Positions 1-12,435 of a stretch of 64,000 bases of DNA are shown here, in pieces. How positions within the stretch are numbered: position 1 is the first letter of the stretch; every line of letters begins with the position of its first letter. The DNA is from Malacoraja senta (Eukaryota). Below the pieces are notes generated by a model that was not told the origin of the DNA, ran no database searches, and saw only the letters and a list, made by a program, of their open reading frames with translations. The position numbers and the translations under genes are program-made. The stretch spans positions 26,042,001-26,106,000 of the forward strand of contig CM075987.1 of assembly GCA_038087875.1 (NCBI GenBank). Reading direction: 5' to 3'.

Positions 1-260
1 AGCAAAGATAACTAGTGCGGAGACGGAAACATCCTCGTAAAAATAAAAGTTCTTTGGTAAAAATCTTCTCCTCATTTTCAGAATTATAATTTATTAACAC
101 AAACTGTTCCCCCGCAACGTTGATTACACTGCGAGTCGGGTCGGGTCGGGTTACTGAAATGGATGAAAAAAAGACCCACGTTCCGCTCCGATGCGTACTA
201 CACGTCAGCCCATTGCATTTAGAAGGAGTGGTCTATCTTGCTCCGCTATAGGATCTTTGA
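1..260. mobile_element. Probable right end of a non-autonomous DNA element inserted into an HE1-type SINE (left end outside window)
   Basis: Unrelated sequence ends at GCTATAGGATCTTTG and SINE head sequence (ATCCTGACTACGGGTGCTG) resumes directly; no partner TIR visible. Confidence 0.35.
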
Positions 261-1161
261 TCCTGACTACGGGTGCTGTCTGTACTGAGTTTGGCTCGAT
301 TGTAATCATGTGTTGTCTTTCTGCTGACTGGCTAGCACGCAACAAACGCCACCATGCCGAACAGACGAGGTAGTGTGGAGGTTAAGACGATGGAATGCTA
401 ATCCATTGTGAATCGAATGATAGGGTTCGAAACCTGTCCTCCTTGTGAACTGTGCCATTCCGTCCTTCAACTCTAAACCAGGATAAACCAGTTTAAATAT
501 TCTATGGAGTTAAAACACTGAGATACTGCCTCATCTGTGACCCTCGGACTATCTTTGATCGGGACTAAACATTATTCCCTTATCATATCTATAAGCTGTA
601 GATGGCTCGATTGTAATCATGTATTGTCTTTCTGCTGAATGAATAGCACGCAACAAAAGCTTTTCGTTTACTTCGGTATACATGATAATAAACTAAACTG
701 AACTGATTGTTCAAAAACAGTGAACCTCCCACAGCTGCCATTTTATTGACGGGTGCATTAGGCACATTTAAAATTCTTAACTTGTCATCTTGCATTTACT
801 CAACCCAATTCCTTGAGTCGTACTATGTTGCAGTAATGCAATCTTGATTCTTCTGTCATGCTTTTTGCACAACAGACAGCAAAAGAGGTTGCTACATGTA
901 ATGTGCTGAAAATCATATCGATCTTGTCCAACAATTTGCATGCTCCTTCGATTAGAGAGCAGGGAGTGTTGTCAAAGAAATCCATTAGCACAGCTAAATA
1001 TGCTTTCAGTGCCGAGTTATGTATGGATGAACCAAACACATTAATATCAAGGGACGCAGAGAGATTTCACTAGTATGTGCCTTAATGTACCATGTAACAA
1101 TCCCAGGAGAAGGTGGAATGGAATAAAGACCTCCTTTTTACACGCTTGCCGCAAAGGGAAC

Positions 1162-1665
1162 TAGTTTAGTTTAGTTTTGGTTCAGAGATACATCGTGGAA
1201 ACAGGCCCTTCGGCCCACTGAGCCCGTGCCGAACAGCGATCCCCACACACTAACACTATCCTACTTCTTCTTCTTCTTCTTCTTGCGAATGAAACCTAAA
1301 CCAAAGGAATAATTAGATCTCAAGCCGGGTGTCGAGCAGCCAGGTTGTTGTCTCTGTTGGCGTCAATGTCTGCCAGGCCCTGACTGAGCTCCATTTGGTG
1401 GGTGGTAGAGCGGGCACCCAGAGATGACATGGTTGGCTGTCCCTCTGACTATCCTACACACACTAGGGACAATTTACAATTTTATCAAGCCAATTAACCT
1501 ATGAACCTGCAGGACTTTGGGGTGCGGGAGGAAACCGGAGCACCCGGACAAAACCCACGCAGGTCATGGGGTGAACGTACAAAACTCCACACATGCAGCA
1601 GCCATAGTCCGGGTCAAACCCAGATCTCTAACGCTGTGAGGCAACAACTCCACCGCTGTGCCACA
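1162..1665 (-). mobile_element. HE1-type tRNA-derived V-SINE, split by a LINE 3' fragment
   Basis: (TTTAG)n tail and GGAAACAGGCCCTTCGGCCC stem on the left, SINE body and head on the right. Confidence 0.85.
1265..1447 (-). mobile_element. Vingi/Ingi-like LINE 3' end
   Basis: Minus strand encodes TANHVISGCPLYHPPNGA (end of a CCHC knuckle) then a degenerate TTTWLLDTRLEI*; (AAG)n tail; 10-bp TSD ACTATCCTAC at 1255-1264 and 1448-1457. Confidence 0.6.
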
Positions 1666-1859
1666 ACATTTACACTTCTATATCCTGCTCAAAATTGCCA
1701 TTTTTGGAATTGCCTGAATCTTGTTCAGGAATGAAGTGCATTACAGGCAGAACCGTACATAAGGAGAACATGATTAGAACATTTCTATAGAGGAGTAGAC
1801 ATTGCTCCAAGAGTCTGGTGTTGTTTATGGTATATATTACTGCATCAATACTGCACCGT

Positions 1860-2150
1860 GGGGTGGCACGGTGGCGTTGCTGCCTTACTGCGCCAAAGAC
1901 CCTGATTACGGGCGCAGTCTGCACGGAGCTTGTACCTTCTCCCCGTGACCTGCGTGGGTTTTCCCCGGGTGCTCCGGTTTCCTCCCACACTCCAAAGACA
2001 TACAGGGTTGTAGGTTAATTGGCTTGGTATAAAAAACATGTAAAATTGTCCCTTGTGTTGTGCAGGATCGTGTTAGTGTGCGGGGATCGCTGGTCGGTGC
2101 CGACTCGGTGGGCTGAAGAGCCTATTTCCGGGCTGTATCTCTAAAACTAA
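1860..2150 (+). mobile_element. HE1-type SINE
   Basis: tRNA-like head, GTGACCTGCGTGGGTTTTC core, CTAAA tail. Confidence 0.85.
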
Positions 2151-2522
2151 AAAATTAACACAATCAAATGGAACACGATAAGGAATCTGTTTTCAAAGAA
2201 AGGTATAATCACACAGTGTAGTGACTTGGAACTGATTGTTTCATTTCAAATAATCTGATGACTGCAGAAGTAGCAATATATGAAAATTAATTTATAAGGG
2301 AAAATGTCGCAGTTTCAAATATGCTGCTGTTTAACTGTCCTGCATTACAATTGTAACCAAGGTCAATGTTATATTTATGAAAATAGCTGCAACAGAACAT
2401 TAGTAATGATGTAGGGTGTATCTTTTTGCAGCCACGGTAACATGTTTTTTTATAATTAATTTTGCATTCTATAATGTTTCAAGGCATGTTTCTGGAGAGT
2501 TATCAAACAAAACTTGACATCT

Positions 2523-3170
2523 GTGTAGGAAGGAACTGCAGATGCTGGTGTAAACCGAAGATAGACACAAAATGCTGGAGTAACTCAGCGGGACAGGCAG
2601 CATCTCTGGAGAGAAGGAATGGGTGACGTTTCGGGTCGAGACCCTTCTTCAGACTGAAAATCAGGGGAAAGGGAAACAAGAGATATAGACGGTGATGTGG
2701 AGAGATAAAGAACAATGAATGAAAGATATGCAAAATAGAATCGATGATAAAGGAAACAGGCCATTGTTAGCTGTTTAGACAATAGACAATAGGTGCAGGA
2801 GTAGGCCATTTGGCCCTTCGAGCCAGCACCGGCCATTCAATGTGATCATCCCCAATCAGTAGCTCGTTCCTGCCTTCTCCCCATATCCCCTGACTTCGCT
2901 ATTTGTTGGGGAAAACAAGACTTGCGTGGGGGAGAGAGGGAATGCCGGGGCTACCTGAAGTGAGGGAAATCAATATTCATACCACTGGGCTGTAAGCTGC
3001 CCAAGCAAAATATGAGATGCTGTTCCGCCAATTTGCATTTAGCCTCACTCAGACAATTGAGGAGATCTAGGACAGAAAAGGGCAGTAGGGAAGGGGAAGG
3101 AGAATTAAAGTGTTTAGCAACCGGGAGATCAGGTAGGTCCAGTTCGGGCAGAGTGAAGGTGTTCAGCGAT
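2523..3170 (-). mobile_element. Penelope-like element 3' fragment (GIY-YIG C-terminus, 3' UTR, terminal repeat) with a nested CR1 tail at about 2776-2900
   Basis: Minus strand encodes KCKLAEQHLIFCLGSLQPSGMNIDF; TTGACATCT repeated at both flanks (2514-2522, 3173-3181). Confidence 0.8.
2623..2654 (-). ncRNA. Minimal hammerhead ribozyme motif in Penelope-like terminal repeat (representative minus-strand copy)
   Basis: Reverse complement reads GT-CTGAAGA-A-GGGT-CTCG-ACCC-GAAAC-GTC-AC. Confidence 0.65.
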
Positions 3171-3221
3171 AATTGACATCTAAGTACTTACCAGTTGTAA
3201 AGTTAGGCATGAGAACTGCGA

Positions 3222-3652
3222 ATGAAGCTATTGACGGCACTGGGCCTGTACTCGCTGGAGTTTAGCATGAGAGGGGACCTCATTGAAACATACCGAATAG
3301 TGAAAGGCCTGGATGTGGAGAGGATGTTTATATCAGTGGGAGAGTCTAGGACCAGAGGGCACAGCCTCAGAATAAAAGGATGTGCCTTTAAAAAGATGAG
3401 GAGGAATTTCTTTAGTCAGAGGGTGGTGAATCTGTGGAATTCATTACCACAGACGGCTGTGGAGGCCAAGTCAATGGATATTTTTAAGGTAGGGATTGAC
3501 AGATTCTTGATCAGTATGGGTGTCAGAGGTTATGAGGAGAAGACAGGAGAATGGGGTTGGGAGGGAGAGATCGATCAGCCATGATTGAATGGCGGAGTAG
3601 ACTTGATGGGCCGAATGGCCTAATTCTGCTCCTATCACTTCTGAACTTATGA
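3222..3652 (+). mobile_element. CR1 LINE 3' fragment
   Basis: ORF2 C-terminal motifs LGLYSLEF, GDLIETY, SRTRGHSLRIKG, FFSQRVVNLWNSLP; CR1 3' hairpin. Confidence 0.9.
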
Positions 3653-4474
3653 ACCGAGATTTAAAGACATATAAATATGAGAAAGGACGCAAAGTGCTGG
3701 AGTAACTCAACAGGTTAGAGTTGAGTTACTCCCCCACTCCAAAGACGTACAGGTTTGTAGGTTAATTGTCTTCTGTAAAATTGTAAATTGTCCCTAGTGT
3801 GTAGGAGAGTGCTAGTATAACGGGGTGATCGCTGGTCGTCCTGGACTCGGTGGGCCGAAGGGCCTGCTAATGCACTGTATCTCTAAAGTAACATAAAGTT
3901 TTACAGGGTTAGATACATTTTTTGCACGCAGGTCACGGGGAGAAGGTAGAAACTCCGTACAGACAGCGCCCGTAGTCAGGATCGAACCCGGGTCTCCGGT
4001 GCTGAAAGGCAGCAACTCTACCGCTGCGCCTCCGTGCCGCCCTATTAATCAGAATAGCCACGACCCACTAAGGAAGATAATAACACGATAACATTCAAAA
4101 CACTGACAATTAATTTCACATTTATAAAAAAATCCAATTACTATTTTTTTGGGTTTAATTAACGTAACAAAATTGATGAACATGGATTCCGTGAGACCAG
4201 CTTTTCAAAATCTGATTGTCATTTTCCAAGAGTATTAGATATCACATTTAATAACTGCTTCACTGTTCAGTCAGTCTCTGAGCGATGGGGGGGTTGCTGA
4301 AATGTTAGCAGTTTCCCCAACCTGGAAAAGTTCCAGGAAATACTACTTAGCATTACAGCGCGCGCTTTTAGAGAGAAAGTCAGTGGAGCGCAAGGAAGAA
4401 CAACATGCCTGGCATACACTGACCCTTCTCTTGCCCAATGCCCTACCACCACCCGCTCCTCCTAGTGATCTCAC

Positions 4475-4493
4475 AGCCCACCAGGGGGCAGTA
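4475..4493 (+). promoter_or_regulatory. CTCF-consensus motif inside a hAT/Charlie-like terminus
   Basis: CCACCAGGGGGCAG at 4478-4491; adjacent CTTTGGGAACCATTG (4501-4515) resembles a Charlie-type TIR. Confidence 0.4.
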
Positions 4494-4740
4494 CCACCTA
4501 CTTTGGGAACCATTGCTTTAAATAGGGGCAATTTAGTGGGATGGGACGTGCCAAAACCTGCCAGGAAGAAATGAATCAAGGAATGCCATGATACACGTGC
4601 ATGGATTTGAGTTTGAGTTTGAGTTTTACTTAAGTTTTAAGTTTAAGTTGAAAAGTTTAAAGTTATACAGCAAAGAAACAGGCCCATTGGCCCACTGAAT
4701 CTGCATCTGCATCGACCAACGATCGCCCATACACTAGTTC

Positions 4741-5140
4741 TAGAAACATAGAAACATAGAAAACAGGTGCAGGAGTAGGCCATTTGGCCCTTCAGCCAGC
4801 ACCGCCATTCAATATGATCATGGCTGATCATCCACAAACAGTACCCCGTTCCTGCTTTCTCTCCATATCGCTTGATTCCGTTTTCACTAAGAGCTATATA
4901 CTATCCTCTGGAAAACATCCAGTGAATTGGCCTCCACTGACTTCTATGGCACAGAATTCCACAGATTCACAACTCTCTGGGTGAAAACATTTTTCCTCAT
5001 TTCAGTCCTCAATAAAGGGCCTACCCCTTATTCTTACACTGTGACCCCTGGTTCTGGACTCCCCCAACATCAGGAACAATTTTCCTGCATCTCGCCTGCC
5101 CAATCCCTTAAGAATGTTATCTGTTTCTGTAAGATCCCCC
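4741..5140 (-). mobile_element. CR1 LINE 3' fragment nested in a SINE
   Basis: (CATAGAAA)n tail and CR1 3' UTR hairpin; TAGTTCTA at both flanks. Confidence 0.85.
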
Positions 5141-5201
5141 AGTGTAGTTCTATTCTACACACTAGGGGCAATTTGCAGAAAAGTCTATTTACTTACAAAC
5201 A

Positions 5202-5368
5202 TGTGCAGCAAGGAACTGCAGAAGCTGGTTTACACCGAAGATAGACACAAAATGCTGGTGTAACTCAATAGGACAGGCAGCATCTCCGGAGAGAAGGGAT
5301 GGGAGATGTTTCGGGTCGAGACCCTTCTTCAGACGAGTTACTCCACAAAGTTACTCCAGCATTTTGTG
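5202..5368. mobile_element. Penelope-derived fold-back unit
   Basis: Inverted terminal-repeat arms; 14-bp TSD TTTAC(T/C)TACAAACA at 5188-5201 and 5369-5382. Confidence 0.75.
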
Positions 5369-5395
5369 TTTACCTACAAACACGCCTGTCTCTGG

Positions 5396-6025
5396 CAAGA
5401 GCGGAACTCGCTATCAAAACATGGAGGGGACGGGGGACACGCACACTCACACACACACCCGCGCGAGGCTTTGGAGGCTCAATCCAGCGCTAAATGCAGC
5501 TCAACTCTGCCTGTCTCACCGGGTTAATCTACAGCCCTGCCTGGGCTGACGGGACACCAGCGCTGCTTCTCCACGCTGGCCATATTTCCCGCAAGTCCAG
5601 GCAGGTTCACCATCGCGGGACAGGCTGAGTTGAGCTGGGTTTAGCGCTGCTTCTCTGCGCTGGCTGTGGGCCTGGGGGGCACCGCGCCCGTCTGACTCCC
5701 GACCTCTCTGGCCACCCGTGGGTGGGTGGGCACTCGGGACAGCCGGCCGGGATCGATCCTGCCTGCGGATGGGGCGCAGGTCTGTGCCACGTCTCCCTCC
5801 TCCAATCGCCGCGTTCTATCCTCAGTCCCACCGCCCCCCCCACCCCGAACTCCTCCCTCCTCCAAACATCGCGCCCTCGATCATCAGTCCCACCCCCACT
5901 GTCTCGCGGAAAGCGGAGATTTTAAAATACGGATCACAAAAACTTGGGGGGGGATGTCCCCCACCACTCAAAACATGGGGGGGACGTGTCCCCTCTGGCC
6001 CCCCAACCCGGGTTTTCCGCCCCTG
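5396..6025 (-). mobile_element. hAT-superfamily non-autonomous element (MITE), copy 1
   Basis: Ends CAAGAGCGGAA...TTCCGCCCCTG; perfect 8-bp TSD GTCTCTGG (5388-5395, 6026-6033); homologous to 48119-48724. Confidence 0.85.
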
Positions 6026-6399
6026 GTCTCTGGGTCAGTTCTTGTGAGAAACGGAGTTTCCTAGCCTGCCGGGTGTTCCTTTGTGGATTGTTTGTTGATA
6101 GCTTTTGTCCATTGTATGTTGACTGCGTGTTCTTCAGGAGTACATTAGCAAAGTGGTCACTTGCAGGAAGACCAAAGCATTGGAGGCTATAATTTTGCTT
6201 TGGAGATTGAACCTGTGCTAGGTTTGCTGAGCTGGAGCAGGAGTGACTCCATTCATCTTGAAGGAGTGAATTGCTGTGAAAGAACAAGGTAGTATTAGTT
6301 AGTAACTTTTTTTGTATGAGCTCAATTTCACGTTTTAAATGTTTTAAGTGGCTTCATTTTAATTTTTTGTACGTTCCTGTCATTTGATTTTGGAATAGC

Positions 6400-6728
6400 A
6401 TTTAGTTTAATTTTTTTTAGTTTAAAGATACAGCGCGGAAACAGGCCCTTCGGCCCACCGAGTCCGCGCCGACCAGCGATCCCTGCACATTAACACTATC
6501 CTACACACGCTAAGGACAATTTACACACAAACCAAGCCAACTTACCTACAAACCTGTACGTCTTAGGAGTGGGTGTAAACCGAAGATCTTGGAGAAAACC
6601 CACGTGGTCACGGGGAGAAGGTACAAACTCCTTACAGACGGCACCCGTAGTCGGGATCGAACCCGGGTCTCCGGCGCGGCAAGTGCTGTAAAGCAGCAAC
6701 TCTACCGCTGCACCGCCGTGGCCACCCT
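6400..6728 (-). mobile_element. HE1-type SINE, full length
   Basis: Pol III A box and B box (GGTTCGATCC) on minus strand, V core, CR1-like tail. Confidence 0.9.
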
Positions 6729-7607
6729 AGATATTTCTGAATGTCAGGGATTTAACAGCCGGTTAAGCCAGGAAACGCAATGTAACTGCCTTTCGATGTA
6801 TTTTTTCATTTACCACTGTCTCCAGTTTGAAGAAGGGTCTCGATCCGAAATGATTCCCGTTCCTTCCCTCCAGAGTTGCTGCCTGTCCCGCTGAGTTACT
6901 CCAGCATTTTTGTGTCTGTCCTGGAAGGGAAGAGCTGAATCTCTGAAATATCGTCGAAGATAAATTCTGACAGTGTTGTAACGGAAATTAGCTTTGTATT
7001 GCAGTTGTTGAAAAATGGAACACTAATTAAAAGGGAGCTCGGGAAGAAGAGAGCAGTATGCAATTTAACATTTTGAATAGAGCTTTGTCACAGATTGAAT
7101 TGAATGGTTACCTTGGGGCTCAACACAGTTCGTCAATTTTATTTGGGTTTGTGTTCAAGTGTGTTCATTCATGCATTTCAAATCTTGTCTTCTGTTTTAA
7201 AGTGTGTCACCAGCAGCACTCAAACAAAAGCAAGTACATCAGATTACTTTCGCAGCATCTAATTCCATTTTCTGTCATTAAACAAGGTCAGCTCTAGCTA
7301 TTGGAACTAGAATTCAGTGAAGAGAGGAGTTAGGAAGGAACTTTACACCGAAGATAGACATCAAATGTAGGGGCAGGTAGCATCTCTGGAGAGAAGCAAT
7401 GGGCGATGTTTCGCCTTTGGGCGTTGGATAGCGGAGTCAAGGGATATGGGATGAAGGCAGGAACGGGGTACTGATTGTGGATGATCAGCCATGATCACAA
7501 TGAATGGTGGTGCTGGCTCAAAGGGGCCGAATGGCAATAGCCAATAGCCAATAGACAATAGGTGCAGGAGTAGGCCATTCGGCCCTTCGAGCCAGCGCCG
7601 CCATTCA

Positions 7608-9277
7608 TGCAATTCATGCCAAATCTGCAATTTGAGAAGGAGAAGGTTAAATCGGAAGTGTCAGTGATGCAGTTGAACAAAGGGGACTATGAAGGCATGA
7701 GAGGGGAGCTGGCCAAGGTAGACTGGAAAGGGATCCTAGCAGGAATGACGGTGGAACAGCAATGGCAGGAATTTCTGGGCATAATCCGGAAGACGCAGGA
7801 TCATTTCATTCCAAAAAGGAAGAAAGATTCTAAGGGGAGTAGGAGGCAACCGTGGCTGACAAGAGAAGTTAGGGATAGAATAAAACTAAAAGAAAAGATG
7901 TATAACACAGCAAAGAGTAGCCGGAAGCCAGAGGATTGGGAAACTTTCATATGACAACAGAAGGAAACAAAACGGGCAATACGGCCTGAAAAGATGAAGT
8001 ATGAGGGGAAGCTGGCCAGGAATATAAAGAAGGATAGTAAAAGCTTCTTTAGATATGTTAAGGGAAAAAGGGTGGCAAAGTCAAATGTGGGTCCCTTGAA
8101 GGCAGACACGGGTGAAATTATTATGGGCAACAAGGAAATGGCAGAAGAGTTGAATAGGTACATCGGATCTGTCTTCACCAAGGAAGACACAAACAATCTC
8201 CCAGATGTACTGGAGGACAGAGGATCTAAGGGGGTAGAGGAACTGAAAGAAATTTGCATTAGGCGAGAAATAGTATTGGGTAGGCTAATGGGACTGAAGG
8301 ATGATAAATCCCCTGGACGCATTGGTGATCATTTTCCAATGTTCAATAGATTCAGGATCAGTTCCTGTGGATTGGAGGATAGCTAATGTTATCCCACTTT
8401 TCAAGAAAGGAGCGAGAGAGAAAACGGGGAATTACAGACCAGTTAGCCTGACTTCGGTGGTGGGAAAGATGCTGGAGTCAATTATTATAGAGGTAATAAT
8501 GGGGCATTTGGATAGCAGTAAATGGATTAGTCCAAGTCAACATGGATTTATGAAAGGGAAATCATGCTGGACTAATCTTCGGGGATTTTTTGAGGATGTG
8601 ACAAGTAAAATGGATGAAGGGGTGCCAGTGGATGTAGTGTATCTAGACTTTCAGAAAGCCTTTGATAAGGTCCCGCACGGGAGACTGGTGACTAAAATTA
8701 GAGCACATGGTATTGGGGGTAGGGTGTTGACATGGATAGAAAATTGGTTGGCAGACCGGAAGCAAAGAGTAGGAGTGAACGGGTCCTTTTCAGAATGGCA
8801 GGCAGTGGCGAGTGGAGTGCCGCAAGGCTCGGTGTTGGGGCCGCAACTGTTTATCATATATATTAATGATTTGGAAGAGGGAATTAGGGGCAACACTAGC
8901 AAGTTTACGGATGACACAAAGCTGGGTGGCAGTGTGAGCTGTGAAGAGGATGTTAGGAGGTTGCAGGGTGACCTGGACAGGTTGAGTGAGTGAGCAGATG
9001 CGTGGCAGATGCAGTATAATATAGATAAATGTGAGGTTATCCACTTTGGCGGCAAAAACAAGGGGGCAGATTATTATCTCATTTGGGTTAGGTTAGGTAA
9101 GGGGGAGGTGCAGCGAGACCTGGGTGTCCTTGTACACCGGTTACTGAAAGTTGGCGTGCAGGTACAGCAGGCAGTGAAGAAAGCTAATGGAATGTTGGCC
9201 TTCATAACAAGAGGATTTCAGTATAGGAGTAAAGAGGTCCTTCTGCAGTTGTATAGGGCTCTGGTGAGACCACATCT
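7608..9277 (+). pseudogene. CR1 LINE ORF2 fragment with reverse transcriptase domain, disrupted
   Basis: [51 protein letters not shown]; stops near 7952 and 8991, deletion near 8316. Confidence 0.95.
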
Positions 9278-10440
9278 GATCAAAGGTAGACAAAAGTGTT
9301 GGAGAAACTCAGCGGGTGCGGAAGCATCTATGGAGCGGAGGAAATAGGCAACGTTTCGGGCCGAAATCTCTTCTTCAGACTGATAGTCTGATCAAAGATA
9401 GTCCGAGGGTCTCCAATGATGTAGGTCCTGGTTCAGGACTGTCTCCAGTTTATTTTAGTTTAGTTTAGAGATACAGCGCGCAAACAGGCCCTTTGGCCCA
9501 CTCAGTCCACAGCGACCAGCGATCCCCGCACATTAACACTGTCCTACACACACTAGGGAACATTTGACATTTAGACCAAGCCAATTAACCTGCAAACCTG
9601 TACATCTTTGGAGTGTGGGAGGAAACCGAAGATCTCTGTGAAGAGAACGTACAAGTTCTGTACAGACAGCGCCCGTAGTCGGGATCGAACCCGGGCCTCT
9701 GGCCTGTAAGGCAGCTTCTCTACCTCTGCACCTCCTCCCCTAGTTGGAGAATTGTCCACTTTGCCGCATTGACACTTCCATCAGCGTGTTACACTAATGC
9801 GTGAGTTGCAAAGGCTTGCTTCCACCGCTGGCTGAGTACTCTGACAAGCGTAATGAATAACAAATGTATTCTCCGCATCATCGGGCTTGTTGCTGGTCAC
9901 TACCTCAGCACACTTTGATGAGTTATAACGCGCTGTCATTTCTGAATGACAAAATCTTTGCCCGTGTTGATTTTTTCCACTTGGCTTTCATTGTATTCCC
10001 AAGAGCAGCACATCCTAGTTTGTTGGAGGAACTGCATCTCTTATTTCACCTGAGCAGCTTACAGCCCGGCGGTATGAATATTGATTTCTCTAAAATATTC
10101 TATTAAAGATAACGGAGTCAGGGGATATGGGGAGAAGGCAGGAACGGGGTACTGATTGGGGATGATCAGCCATGATTACATTGAATGGCGGTGCTGGGTC
10201 GAAGGGCCGAATGGCCCACTCCTGCACCTATTGTCTATTGTCTAATTTCGTCACCCCAGCATTTCCTCTCTCTCCATCCCTCCCCCACCCAAGTCGCACC
10301 AGCTTCTCGTTTTCATCCAACAAACAGCTACCAATGGCCTGTTTCCTTTATCATCTTTACTTTTTTGCATATCTTTCATTCTTAATCTCTCTGCAACATC
10401 ATCGTCTATATCTCTCGTTTTCCTTTCCCCTGACTAAAAC

Positions 10441-10814
10441 GTGTATAAAATTATGAGAGGAATAGATCGGGTAGATGCACAGAGTCTCTTGCCCAGAGTA
10501 GGGGAATCGAGGACCAGAGGACGTAGGTTCAAGGTGAAGGGGAAAAGATTTAATAGTAATCCGAGGGGTAACTTTTTCATACATAGGGTGGTGGGTGTAT
10601 GGAGCAAACTGCCAGAGGAGGTAGTTGAGGCTGGGACTATCCTATCGTTTAAGAAACAGTTGGACAGGTACATGGATAGGACAAGTTTGGAGGGATATGG
10701 TCCAAATTCAGGCAGGTGGGACTGGTGTAGCTGGGACATGTTGGCGGGTGCGGGCAAGCTGGGCCGAAGGGCCTGTTTCCACACTGTATCACTCATTCAC
10801 TCTATGACTCTATA
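10441..10814 (+). mobile_element. CR1 (HER1-type) LINE 3' end, probable partner LINE of the SINE
   Basis: YKIMRGIDRVD...RVVGVWSKLPEEVVEA; ends GGGCCGAAGGGCCTGTTTCC..CTGTAT like the SINE tail, then (CTCTATGA)n. Confidence 0.85.
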
Positions 10815-11574
10815 ATTAGTCTGAAGAAGGGGTCTCGACCCAAACTGTCACCCAGATGCTGCCTGGCCAGCTGAGTTACTCCAGCATTTTGCGTCTATCT
10901 TCGGTTTAGGCCAGCATCTGCAGTTCTTTCCTGCACACTAGTTTGTTGGGGCCGCTGCCATTATTAACAGCACAGTTCGGAGTTCTGCTTATCTTGCTGC
11001 TATTGGCAGTCGTTCTCTGCTGGTTTTTTAAGCAAAATATTTCTGCCCCGATGATCCCTTTCCACTTGGTGGTCACGGCATTTTCTTGTTGTCTTTCCAA
11101 CTCGTTTGTTCTTTTCTCTGAAAGTGACAATGATCTTTCTCGCTCGAGCAGCTTGGATAGTTAGATACCCTTTACCAAGATACAGACCATCAAAGTTACT
11201 CTGATATGTATCCTTCAATGATCTGCATTTTTAGCTCTTCCCTTCAGGTCAGAGAATCCGCGTGTTGCAGCCAGTTGCCTCAGGCGAGCACTTTTGATCG
11301 ATGGTCTCCTTCACATCTTGCCTTGTGCAACGAAACCTCATTGATCCCTGAAGTGCATTCTGCTGCGGAATAGCACATGCAGACAGCACAATACAAAATT
11401 CAGAGAAGTTTAGGTGATAATGCTTCATAAATAACCTGTAATTTCTCACTTCATGTTGCAAAGGGAGTGCTTTTATCATTACTTTGGACTTTAAAGATGC
11501 AGTGTTCTAACAGGCCCTTCGGCCCACCAATTCCGTGCCAACCAGCAATTAACCCCATATATGAGGTCACTTAT

Positions 11575-11740
11575 ATAGGTCAACTACCAACCACCGCCAG
11601 TATCCACTGCCCACATTGCACCAAGGTGTGTGTGGATCGGGGATCGGCCTCTACAGACATCTGCAGACCCGCAAGTAGACGACCCTATGGAGAGGAGAGG
11701 ACAGTCATACTCGTTTCGAGTGACCGACGGTGTTGATGAC
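11575..11740 (+). mobile_element. RTE-clade LINE 3' end
   Basis: Frameshifted C2H2-like terminus CPHCTKVC/GSGIGLYRHLQTRK*; short 3' UTR ending TGTTGATGA. Confidence 0.65.
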
Positions 11741-12435
11741 ATAAGGTCATAAGGAATAGGAGTAGAATTAGGCCATTCGGCCCATCGAGTCATTCAATCA
11801 TGGCCTCCCTCCTAACCCTATTCTCCTGCCTTCTCCCCATAACTTCTGACACCCGCACTAATCAAGAATCTATCTACAGTATCTCTGCCTTAAAAACATC
11901 TACTGACTTGGCCTCGACAGCCTTCTGTGGCAAAGAATTCCACAGATTCACCGCCCTCTGACTAATGACATTTCTCCTCATCTCCTTCCTAAGAGAATGT
12001 CCTTTAATTCTGAGGCTCTGAACTCTAGCCCTAGACTCTCCCACTAGTGGAAACATCCTCTCCACATCCACTCTACCTAAGACTTTCACTGTTCTGTACG
12101 TTTCAATGAGGTCCCCCACTCATCCTTCTAAACTCCAGCGAGTACAGGGCCAGTGCCGACAAATACTCACCACAGGTTAACCTACTCATTCCTGGGATCA
12201 TTCTCGTAAACCTCCTCTGGACCCTCTCCAGGGCCAGCACACCCTTCCTCAGATATGGTGCCTAAAATTGCTCACAATATTCCAAATGTGGCCTTACCAG
12301 CGCCTTATAGAGCCTCAGCGTTACATCCCTGTTTTTGTATACAAGCCTACTTGAAATAAATGCTAGCATTGAGTTTGTTTTCTTCACTACCGATTCGACT
12401 TGCAGATGAACTTTTTGGGAATCTTGCCCCTGCAC
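11741..12435 (-). mobile_element. CR1 LINE 3' fragment
   Basis: GDLIETY, RAVNLWNSLPQKAVEA; (CTTATGA)-type tail. Confidence 0.9.

Noticed and set aside
858..1073. 71-aa ORF in unique sequence
   Set aside because: No recognisable domain or convincing splice sites
10943..11164. Hydrophobic 73-aa ORF resembling a membrane peptide
   Set aside because: No ATG start; explained by T-rich composition; no homology recognised
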